NCBI GenBank assembly: GCA_965228855.1 | Contig: CBDDIJ010000002.1 | Location: 2,432,001 to 2,496,000 of the forward strand | Source of the DNA: Candidatus Obscuribacterales bacterium | Lineage (GTDB): Bacteria > Cyanobacteriota > Vampirovibrionia > Obscuribacterales > Obscuribacteraceae | Direction: 5' to 3' | Length of the DNA stretch: 64,000 nucleotides | Shown here: positions 9,229 through 17,391 of the stretch, piece after piece | Numbering within the stretch: position 1 is the stretch's first letter | How the letters are laid out: every line of letters starts with the position of its first letter | The notes under the pieces: generated by a model | Databases searched by the model: none | What the model saw: only the letters and a program-made list of their open reading frames with translations | Told to the model about the DNA's origin: nothing | Translations under genes and position numbers: made by a program

Positions 9229-11826
9229 TTGAAGGTATCTAAGGAAAAATCATTCAAGAAGTGGCGTTGTGCAATTGCCGTTATGGCTTGTGCAACGTCG
9301 CTTTTTGCGTTTTCCGATGATGCCGCGCTTGGAGCTGATAAACCGAATTTGAGTTTGAAAATGCACACTGAATCTCCGAAAGAAATACTGCATCAGCTCG
9401 AGAGTTTTCGGCAGATGGGAAGCGTGCTCTATGTAGCGGCGCACCCGGACGACGAGAACACGGAATTGCTGACTTATCTCGCACGCGGTCGCAAATACCG
9501 CACCGCTTACTTGTCGCTCACTCGCGGTGATGGTGGGCAGAATGTGCTGGGCGCGGACTTGGGAGATAAACTTGGTCTGGCGCGAACGCAAGAACTACTT
9601 GCTGCCCGGCAGATCGATGGTGCTCATCAATTTTTTTCGCGCGCGATTGATTTCGGCTTTTCTAAAAATTATCAAGAGACTCTTAACGTTTGGGACAAGC
9701 AAGAAATTCTCTCCGACGTCGTTCGCGTGATTCGGAAGTTTCGTCCGGATGTCGTCATAACTCGTTTTTCACCGAAGCCTGGCGGTACGCATGGGCATCA
9801 CACGACGTCGACAATTCTTGCTCAGGAAGCTTTTAAACTGGCTGGGGATCCGAAGGCGTTTCCTGAACAGAAGCTTGAACCCTGGCAGCCGAAGAGAATC
9901 TTCTGGAACTGCTCGATTTGGCAAAAGGACAAAATAGGCGATGCTGAGATTTTAAAGATTGACGCGGGCGGAAAAGATTCTGTAACGGATGAGACATACC
10001 ATTCTCTAGCCAGAGCCAGCCGCGCAATGCACAAAACGCAGGGATTCGATACGTTTCAATTTCCCGGAGACAAGAACGAGCATCGCACCGAGCAGTTTCA
10101 GTTACTTGATGGAGAGCCTGCCACCGCTGATATCATGGATGGTGTCAACACGAGCTGGAAACGAGTCAAAGGCGGCGAAACAATTGACAAGGAAATCGCT
10201 GATATCATCGGCCGATTCGATGTAATGAAACCGGCGAAGAGCGTGCCCGGATTGCTGAAACTGCGAATAGCGCTGGACAAGCTGCCAGACAAGGACTTGA
10301 TAATCAAAGAGAAGCAAGAGCAGCTTGATTTGATCCTTCAGGAGTGTCTTGGTTTGAAAACAGAGACAACTGTCTTTAACGCTGATGTGGTGCCCGGTGA
10401 GCATATGAAATTGCATAGCTCTGCGGTTGTCAATTCTGATACACCGAATGCGGTGAAGTGGATAGCGGTGAAGTATCCGCTGTTGAAAAAAGAAGTGAAG
10501 CGAGATGTCGAGCTCAAGCCGCACGCCGCAAGTATCTTCGAAGATACGGAAACGATGCCCGAGCATGCGCCCTTAACACAGCCTTACTGGCTTCGCACGG
10601 AGGGAACGCCTGGTGTGTTTCACGTTGAAGAGCCGGATTTGATAGGAACCCCTGAGAATGCGCCATCGTTTCCGATTGAAAACGTATTTGAAATCGATGG
10701 TCAGAAATTAGTAGTGCGAGATGAACCCGTGCAGATTTCTACGGATTCTGCCGGGAATCAGATTCGTCGTAGGCTGGACATTATTCCTCCTGTATCAATG
10801 CGTTTCACTACTGAAGTAGCGATAATGAACCCGTCCGCCTCGAAATCTGTCGAGGTCGAAATTAAGGCGGCTCGCGGTGGGTCAAAGGGAAGTTTGAGGT
10901 TGGAGGTGCCGTCAGTTTGGAAGGTCGAGCCAGAGAAGCAAGCGTTCGACTTGGCTGATGCTGGTCAAGTGGCTCACTTTACGTTTAAACTCACCGCGCC
11001 GAACAAGCCTGGTTCCGCTCGCGTCCTGGCCGAAGCGGATATAAACGGTTTGAAGTATCACAATCAGCGTATCGAGATAAACTATCCTCATTTGCCGCGC
11101 CAGGTGCTGTTGCCACCAACCGTGGTGAGAGCAGTTAGTCTGGATTTAAAAACGCTCGGCAAGTCCGTTGGCTATCTTCCCGGAGCCGGCGACAGTTTGG
11201 CTGAAAATCTTCAGCAGATGGGCTACGCGGTCAAAATGCTTGATGATGCCAGCCTGACTTCTAAAGACTTGGAAGGGCTCGATGCCGTCGTCCTTGGCGT
11301 GCGCGCCTTCAACGTACGTGTCAACATAGGCAAAGCGATGCCTGCGTTGATGTCGTATGTCGAGAATGGTGGCACGATGATTGTTCAATACAATCGCCCC
11401 GACCAAATGAAGACTGACAAGATCGCTCCGTTCGATCTCAAAATTTCGCGAGATCGTGTGACTGACGAAAATGCGGCAATCACCTTTTTAGCACCGGAAA
11501 GTCCGATTCTGAATACTCCGAACAAGCTTACTTCCGCTGACTTTGAAGGTTGGGTTCAGGAGCGAGGTCTGTATTTCCCAGACCGTTGGGACTCGCACTT
11601 CCAGCCGGTCCTATCTTGCGCCGATCGAGACGAGGCGCCATCGAAAGGTGTTTTGCTGATCGCCCCCTTTGGAAAAGGGCATTACATTTACACCGGTTTG
11701 AGTTTCTTCCGGCAGTTGCCTGCCGGCGTACCAGGCGCGTATAGGTTGTTCGCAAATATGGTTTCGCTTGGCGGGGAAATTTCATCGATTTCTGCGTCTA
11801 CCCCATCTAAAAATAATGAGCACTGA
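9229..11826 (+). CDS. Exported PIG-L/LmbE-family deacetylase with Ig-like (NEW3-like) and class I glutamine amidotransferase-like C-terminal domains
   Basis: N-terminal signal-like segment, AAHPDDE and HGHH metal motifs, TRGDGGQN, C-terminal GYLPGAGD...FFRQLPAGVPGAYRLFAN. Confidence 0.85.
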   Translation: MKVSKEKSFKKWRCAIAVMACATSLFAFSDDAALGADKPNLSLKMHTESPKEILHQLESFRQMGSVLYVAAHPDDENTELLTYLARGRKYRTAYLSLTRGDGGQNVLGADLGDKLGLARTQELLAARQIDGAHQFFSRAIDFGFSKNYQETLNVWDKQEILSDVVRVIRKFRPDVVITRFSPKPGGTHGHHTTSTILAQEAFKLAGDPKAFPEQKLEPWQPKRIFWNCSIWQKDKIGDAEILKIDAGGKDSVTDETYHSLARASRAMHKTQGFDTFQFPGDKNEHRTEQFQLLDGEPATADIMDGVNTSWKRVKGGETIDKEIADIIGRFDVMKPAKSVPGLLKLRIALDKLPDKDLIIKEKQEQLDLILQECLGLKTETTVFNADVVPGEHMKLHSSAVVNSDTPNAVKWIAVKYPLLKKEVKRDVELKPHAASIFEDTETMPEHAPLTQPYWLRTEGTPGVFHVEEPDLIGTPENAPSFPIENVFEIDGQKLVVRDEPVQISTDSAGNQIRRRLDIIPPVSMRFTTEVAIMNPSASKSVEVEIKAARGGSKGSLRLEVPSVWKVEPEKQAFDLADAGQVAHFTFKLTAPNKPGSARVLAEADINGLKYHNQRIEINYPHLPRQVLLPPTVVRAVSLDLKTLGKSVGYLPGAGDSLAENLQQMGYAVKMLDDASLTSKDLEGLDAVVLGVRAFNVRVNIGKAMPALMSYVENGGTMIVQYNRPDQMKTDKIAPFDLKISRDRVTDENAAITFLAPESPILNTPNKLTSADFEGWVQERGLYFPDRWDSHFQPVLSCADRDEAPSKGVLLIAPFGKGHYIYTGLSFFRQLPAGVPGAYRLFANMVSLGGEISSISASTPSKNNEH

Positions 11827-11971
11827 AACTAAGGTTGAAACGACTGCGGACGACGAGGACGACTGTACCGGTCTTCCCTGGCCTTCTAGCTGGAAATCAG
11901 CATATGCACTCGTGATCTGTTCTTTTAGCGTTTGGCTTTCTCTTCTTGTTGCTCTGGGGACTGTCAAATGA
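11816..11971 (+). CDS. Small single-TM membrane protein (51 aa), probable symporter accessory subunit
   Basis: Overlaps the upstream gene end; its TGA overlaps the symporter ATG (ATGA). Acidic N-terminus then one hydrophobic helix. Confidence 0.6.
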   Translation: MSTETKVETTADDEDDCTGLPWPSSWKSAYALVICSFSVWLSLLVALGTVK

Positions 11972-13839
11972 ACGAGCTCGATATCGCGGTACTCGTTGTC
12001 ACCATATTTAGTATCTCTATCTATGGCGTTTGGCGCACCCGACATCGGCACGATCTGAACAGTTACTTAAAAGGAAAAGGTCAGATGCCCTGGTGGGCAA
12101 TCGGACTTTCGGTCATGGCGACTCAGGCTAGCGCAATCACGTTTCTCTCCACACCGGGTCAGGGTTATTTGAGTGGACTGAGTTTCGTGCAGATATACTT
12201 TGGTGTTCCACTAGCTTTGATCATAATATCGATTTTCTTCCTGCCAATTTTTCACAGGCTGAATGTGTACACTGCGTATGAGTATCTGGAGAAACGATTT
12301 GATGCGAAGACGCGCTTGCTGGGTGCCGTCCTATTTCTCCTTCAGCGTGGTATCGGTGCAGGACTCACTATTTACGCACCTGCCATAGTGCTGTCTACCG
12401 TATTCGGATGGTCGCTACAGGCGACAATTATTTGCAGCGGTTTGGTAGTCACCGCTTACACCATGTTGGGTGGAACGGATGCTGTGACAGTCACGCAGAA
12501 ATATCAACTCGCCATCATCTTTCTTGGCATGATCACTGCTGGTTGTCTTTTGATTTTCAAGCTTCCGGCTGAGCTATCGTTTGTTGACGCGATGAGTGTA
12601 GCCGGCGGTTTCCAAAAGCTGAACGCCGTAAATTTTTCCACAAACATGAGTGAGCGGTACACGTTTTGGTCCGGCTTGTTGGGCGGGACGTTTTTGATGC
12701 TGTCATATTTTGGTGCTGACCAGTCGCAAGTTCAGCGTTATATATCGGGAACATCGGTGCGCGAGAGCCGACTTGGATTGCTGTTTAACGCCATCTTCAA
12801 AATTCCGATGCAATTTGGAATTTTGATGCTGGGGGTTCTGATGTTTGTGTTTTATCAATTTAAACAGCCGCCGTTATTCTTCGACACTACGGCAAATCGT
12901 TACGTTCAAAGTCAGCGTCTGGTTGCGCAGGAAGAACCTGGAAGCAGCAGCGCATTGCTTGATTTGGAGAAGAAGTTCAACTTAACGCATGCCACTACAA
13001 AAGGGCACTTGGAGAGCTGGCTGCATGCGAAACACTCGGGAGACCTGCAAACTGCTGAACAGGAATTTGCAGCAGCTGCTGCTGCTCAAGCCGAAGGAGA
13101 GAAAATCAGAGCGGCTGCGGCAGAACAACTGGCAGCGAAAAGCCAGGTGAAAACGAAGGGCGAGGTGGGAAGGAAAACTTCCGGTAAAGAACCGGTGAGC
13201 TCATCCGTGAATGCCGTAATCAATGGGGCTGCTGAAACTCGAATATCCACCACTGCCGGCGCGAAGGTGCCTGGAACCGCTCCGACAAAGGCGAATAACG
13301 CCGACTATGTCTTCATAACATTCATTCTTCAAGAGCTTCCTCACGGAGTTATCGGTTTGCTCGTCACTGCGTTTTTCCTCGCGGCACTATCATCCAAAGC
13401 TGCTGAACTGAATGCATTGGGTACGAGTACGACAATTGATTTCTACCGACTGCTGATCAGACGTGACGCGAGCGATAAAGAATGTGTTCTCGTAACCCGT
13501 GCGTTCACCGCATTCTGGGGCGTGGTTGCCATTTTTATCGCGCTCTATGCCCATTTGTCGGAGAATCTGATTCAAGCCGTCAATATTCTAGGTTCGATCT
13601 TCTATGGCGTGCTATTGGCACTATTTCTGGTGGCATTCTTTATAAAATGGGTCGGCGGAACGGCAATCTTCTGGTCTGCTCTCGTTGCTCAATTACTAAT
13701 TTTCTTTCTCTACTCCACGCTGACAATTTCCTATCTCTGGTTTCCACTCATTGGTTGCGCCGTATGTGTGATATTCAGCATCATCATGCAAATGTTTATA
13801 GGTAAAAATCAAAAGGTAATCGAAAACTACGGAACATGA
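11968..13839 (+). CDS. Sodium:solute symporter (SSS/SLC5 family)
   Basis: Multi-TM protein with WWAIGLSVMATQASAITF, YTAYEYLEKRF, DQSQVQRY, AALSS..AELNAL motifs. Confidence 0.92.
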   Translation: MNELDIAVLVVTIFSISIYGVWRTRHRHDLNSYLKGKGQMPWWAIGLSVMATQASAITFLSTPGQGYLSGLSFVQIYFGVPLALIIISIFFLPIFHRLNVYTAYEYLEKRFDAKTRLLGAVLFLLQRGIGAGLTIYAPAIVLSTVFGWSLQATIICSGLVVTAYTMLGGTDAVTVTQKYQLAIIFLGMITAGCLLIFKLPAELSFVDAMSVAGGFQKLNAVNFSTNMSERYTFWSGLLGGTFLMLSYFGADQSQVQRYISGTSVRESRLGLLFNAIFKIPMQFGILMLGVLMFVFYQFKQPPLFFDTTANRYVQSQRLVAQEEPGSSSALLDLEKKFNLTHATTKGHLESWLHAKHSGDLQTAEQEFAAAAAAQAEGEKIRAAAAEQLAAKSQVKTKGEVGRKTSGKEPVSSSVNAVINGAAETRISTTAGAKVPGTAPTKANNADYVFITFILQELPHGVIGLLVTAFFLAALSSKAAELNALGTSTTIDFYRLLIRRDASDKECVLVTRAFTAFWGVVAIFIALYAHLSENLIQAVNILGSIFYGVLLALFLVAFFIKWVGGTAIFWSALVAQLLIFFLYSTLTISYLWFPLIGCAVCVIFSIIMQMFIGKNQKVIENYGT

Positions 13840-14624
13840 CATCACCGATAATATGTTTTGGTCAACAGCCCTGCGGATTCTTTCCGAAGCGATTTCTCGT
13901 TGCGAAGATACAGACTGCGCGCCGTTTGCAAAAGGAGATAGGCGGTGAGGTCATCTTCTTCTTCCATGACAGCGATCACGATCCGCGTGAAACGAAAACG
14001 ATTTTGCGCCACAAGACTACTGACGAATTGGCTCAGCTCAACTTCACCTATGAGAATAAAACGCAGCGAAAGTTTTCTCCTCTTTATTTGAAACGCATTC
14101 CCGCCGATTGGCAGGAGAAAACTGCGGCTCAGTTGCGCAACTACGTGGACTCTTCGATGATTGAAATGTTTAAAAGCGTCAAAGCTGACACGATCGCCGA
14201 CTTCTGTCTGGAGATGTACCGCTCTATGGGGCTCCTGGAGGGCGTCAAGGTCATCAGGTCCAGTGACAAGGAGTTTCGCCGGGGCGCCTGCGATATCGAT
14301 GATTTTTTTGTAGATGTGGCGGTGAATGGGAATAGTAAGTTAGACCCTGAAATCGTCCGCGCACGTTTTGCAGACAATGTTTTAAGACTGCACGAGGGTG
14401 GCGATAAGTTTCTAGACTTGCCTATGACTGATTTTACGAAAGAGCAAATTAGCCCCTCGCGTGATAGCCGCCTGAAGTGGATGCAGTCTGTTCTTCATTG
14501 CACGCATTACGTTGCCGGAGCGAGTGAGCAGGACTATCTGCGCAAAGAGGATGCACCGGAAATCGAGTACGTTACGCGTGATACCATCGATCGTTCGGAG
14601 GAGGCGCACATTGAGCTCATCTGA
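13836..14624 (+). CDS. bshC: Short BshC-like protein (putative cysteine-adding enzyme, catalytic core only)
   Basis: GQQP, K..TA..L, FF.HDSDHD..E and YVAGASEQDY resemble the BshC motifs TGQQ, EDHD..E and YVAGPGE..Y. Lies directly upstream of bshB1-bshA. Confidence 0.6.
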   Translation: MTSPIICFGQQPCGFFPKRFLVAKIQTARRLQKEIGGEVIFFFHDSDHDPRETKTILRHKTTDELAQLNFTYENKTQRKFSPLYLKRIPADWQEKTAAQLRNYVDSSMIEMFKSVKADTIADFCLEMYRSMGLLEGVKVIRSSDKEFRRGACDIDDFFVDVAVNGNSKLDPEIVRARFADNVLRLHEGGDKFLDLPMTDFTKEQISPSRDSRLKWMQSVLHCTHYVAGASEQDYLRKEDAPEIEYVTRDTIDRSEEAHIELI

Positions 14625-15327
14625 TTCTGTCCTGGTCTTCGGCGCGCATCCGGACGATATTGAATTCGGTTGCGGTGGCGTCATTAAAATTGAAACAAAT
14701 AAAGGTCGGAAGGCTCACTTCGTCGTGACCTCGAAAGGCGAGGCGGGTACCAGTGGAACGCCGGAAACCCGTGTTGCGGAGTCAAAAAAGTCCGCGGAGA
14801 CTCTTGGCGCGACGATTGAGTTTATAGAGTTCGAAGGCGACTCTCATCTGGAGATGAAGGTCGAACATACGATTAAGCTGGCCGAGATTATTCGGCGCGA
14901 GCGACCATCGACTGTGCTTGCTCCAACTTGTGTGGACAATCAACACCCAGACCATTCTCGACTGGGCAAGCTGGTGCGAGACGCGGCTCGCCTGGCACGC
15001 TACGGAGGTCTGAAGGAGCTTCTGGCGTTGAAGGCTCATGCTATTGAGCAGTTGTTATTTTACGCAGTGACACCGGAAGGAGTGCCGCATGACGTGACTT
15101 CAATTTTAATCGATATATCCGCACCCGATGTTCTGAAAGCCTGGACCGAAGCTATGAAGTCTCATGCTTCTCAAGCTTCCACTCGCAATTACATTGAGAT
15201 GCAATTGACTCGCGCCAGACTGTTAGGAGTGCAGGCGGGAATTGAGCACGCAATCGCTCTGTATCCCAATGATCCTCTAATATTTGACTCGCTTTCTCAA
15301 ATCGGTAAAGGAGCGCGACGTTTCTAA
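14611..15327 (+). CDS. bshB1: N-acetylglucosaminyl-malate deacetylase (PIG-L family)
   Basis: GAHPDDIEFGCGG and HPDH motifs. TTG start at 14611 with GGAGGAGG RBS. Adjacent to bshA. Confidence 0.8.
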   Translation: MSSSDSVLVFGAHPDDIEFGCGGVIKIETNKGRKAHFVVTSKGEAGTSGTPETRVAESKKSAETLGATIEFIEFEGDSHLEMKVEHTIKLAEIIRRERPSTVLAPTCVDNQHPDHSRLGKLVRDAARLARYGGLKELLALKAHAIEQLLFYAVTPEGVPHDVTSILIDISAPDVLKAWTEAMKSHASQASTRNYIEMQLTRARLLGVQAGIEHAIALYPNDPLIFDSLSQIGKGARRF

Positions 15328-16509
15328 ATGAACCTCAGGAATCCATTGAAAATTGGCATAAGCTGTTATCCGTCTGTCGGTGGAAGCGGAGTGATCGCGA
15401 CGACGCTAGGAGTTGAGCTTGCGCAGCGTGGACACGAAGTGCATTTCATAAGTTATGAGCGACCATTTCGTCTACCGGAGAATGCTCCACGAATTCACTT
15501 TCACCAGGTTGTAATTAACAGCTACGGTCTGTTCAAATATCCCGACTACTCCCTGCCGTTGTCCGTAGAGATGGCGCGCGTGAGTTGCGTGCACGACCTT
15601 GATATCATGCATGTGCATTACGCTGTTCCTCATGCCACGGCTGCAATTCTTGCGCGTTGTATGTTGCCTCAGGATAAACAGCCGAAGGTTGTCACCACGC
15701 TGCATGGAACCGACACTACACTGCTAGGTGCAGACCCTGGTTATGGACCGGCTATTCATCACGCTCTAACGCAATCGGATGCCGTCACTACCGTGTCATC
15801 ATTTCTGGAAGCGGAAACCCAGCGCGTGATCGGATACAAAGGAGCGATGCAAGTTATTTATAATTTCTTCGAGCCGAAACAGCCGTTGCGGTCTCGCGAG
15901 GAGGTCCGTCGAGAGCTGGGCGTCGGTGACGAGGTGCTGATTCTGCACTCGTCGAATTTACGCCCAATGAAGCGCGTTGATATGCTTTTGGAAACAGTCG
16001 CTCGCATTCAACCACGGGATAAGTTCAAACTCCTGATTCTCGCTGGAGCAGATTTCAAGCCGTTTAGAGATGATGTAAACCGGCTTGGTTTGGCGGACAA
16101 TATTATCGTCCGCGAGAACGTACTCGACATCGAAGACTATTTGCAAGCAGCTGATCTATCGCTGTACACATCGGAAAGCGAAAGTTTTTGCTTGAGTATC
16201 TTGGAAGCGATGTTCTTCGGCTGCCCAAGCGTCGCCACCAATGTTGGTGGCATCCCGGAGGTCGTGGATAATGGTGTTGACGGTCTGCTCGTACCGTTTG
16301 GTGATGTTGATGGCTTAGCTAGCGAAGTCCAGCGCTTAGTTGATGATGTTGATGAGCGGAAAAAATTAGGCGCGGCTGCCCTCGCCAACGCGCGCGAACG
16401 ATTTTCTGCTGATGCCATTATTCCTCAATATGAGGAGCTCTACTGGGCGTTGCTGCGGAAACCGCCTGTGGCTGCGGGTAGTGCGGTCGTTTCGTGTTCA
16501 GACGATTGA
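15328..16509 (+). CDS. bshA: N-acetyl-alpha-D-glucosaminyl L-malate synthase (GT4)
   Basis: KIGISCYPSVGGSGVIAT.LG..LA.RGHEVHFISY, HVHYAVPHA, TTLHGTD, SESFCLSILEAM. Confidence 0.9.
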   Translation: MNLRNPLKIGISCYPSVGGSGVIATTLGVELAQRGHEVHFISYERPFRLPENAPRIHFHQVVINSYGLFKYPDYSLPLSVEMARVSCVHDLDIMHVHYAVPHATAAILARCMLPQDKQPKVVTTLHGTDTTLLGADPGYGPAIHHALTQSDAVTTVSSFLEAETQRVIGYKGAMQVIYNFFEPKQPLRSREEVRRELGVGDEVLILHSSNLRPMKRVDMLLETVARIQPRDKFKLLILAGADFKPFRDDVNRLGLADNIIVRENVLDIEDYLQAADLSLYTSESESFCLSILEAMFFGCPSVATNVGGIPEVVDNGVDGLLVPFGDVDGLASEVQRLVDDVDERKKLGAAALANARERFSADAIIPQYEELYWALLRKPPVAAGSAVVSCSDD

Positions 16510-16669
16510 GGACGGTCCGCGACTTCCTCTTCTAAGGTTTCCAGCAAAGCAATTCCGCCATTCCTGGACTATCGTTATTGACGCTCCTGCTTCAAAGGCT
16601 TCCTAATTTACTAAGTTGGCAATGTATGATTGGTGTCGCTATCCGCTATCGAGTATTTCAGGATTGAAT

Positions 16670-17353
16670 ATGAAACTCAAAAACTTCCTTTTATCATCCC
16701 TGGTCTTTTTGTGTTGTGCGACCCCTGCGCAGGCGTCGAACATACTCGAACTGTTTGAGTATCATGGTGATGAAGTCAAAATCAAACCAGGTCAAAGCTG
16801 GCTTGGACTGTACACCTCTGGCGGCAAGTATGAATTGAAGCCCACTAAGGTTGCGGTCACGATGGTTCAGGATCAAATTCTCGATGAGGATCCTAAGCAG
16901 AAGACTGCTAAGAAAATTTCCGTACCTGGAAAAGAAAGACCTGTTTATGTTATCGGTGGTGTTTCTGGGTTAAAAGCTGGCTCAGTTACTGCCGGAGTAC
17001 CGCTTAAGAAGGAATTTCTCGACGTTGGTGAGAGGCTCAATTTGAAGGTGGGCACCAGTCAAGCGACGCTTGTGATCGCTGGCACAAAGAAGGGTGAGTA
17101 TCGGAACAATTATTCGATCACACTCGAGAGTGGTGGCACCAAGCAGCTCATCATGAAAGCGAAGCAAATCGGCGAAGACGTTACACCGAAGCTTTTGTGG
17201 TGCGGCGACCTGGATGGTGATGGCAAGCTAGACTTGATTATGGATACGACCGACAATTACAACGTGAGCAACACCGTGCTCCTCCTGTCCAGTAAAGCTA
17301 AGCCCGGCAAGCTTGTTGAGCAAGTTGCCGTGCAGCATTCTACTGGTTGTTAG
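16670..17353 (+). CDS. Secreted hypothetical protein with one FG-GAP/VCBS-like Ca-binding motif
   Basis: Signal peptide ending AQA; GDLDGDGKLDLI motif near the C-terminus. Confidence 0.6.
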   Translation: MKLKNFLLSSLVFLCCATPAQASNILELFEYHGDEVKIKPGQSWLGLYTSGGKYELKPTKVAVTMVQDQILDEDPKQKTAKKISVPGKERPVYVIGGVSGLKAGSVTAGVPLKKEFLDVGERLNLKVGTSQATLVIAGTKKGEYRNNYSITLESGGTKQLIMKAKQIGEDVTPKLLWCGDLDGDGKLDLIMDTTDNYNVSNTVLLLSSKAKPGKLVEQVAVQHSTGC

Positions 17354-17391
17354 TTTGAGGTGTCAGCTTTAGTAGCTCGTTCGGCTCGAAA

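Noticed and set aside
14512..14610. N-terminal extension of bshB1 given by the ORF track
   Set aside because: Overlaps the BshC-like gene by over 100 nt; TTG at 14611 has a strong GGAGGAGG RBS and fits the family start.
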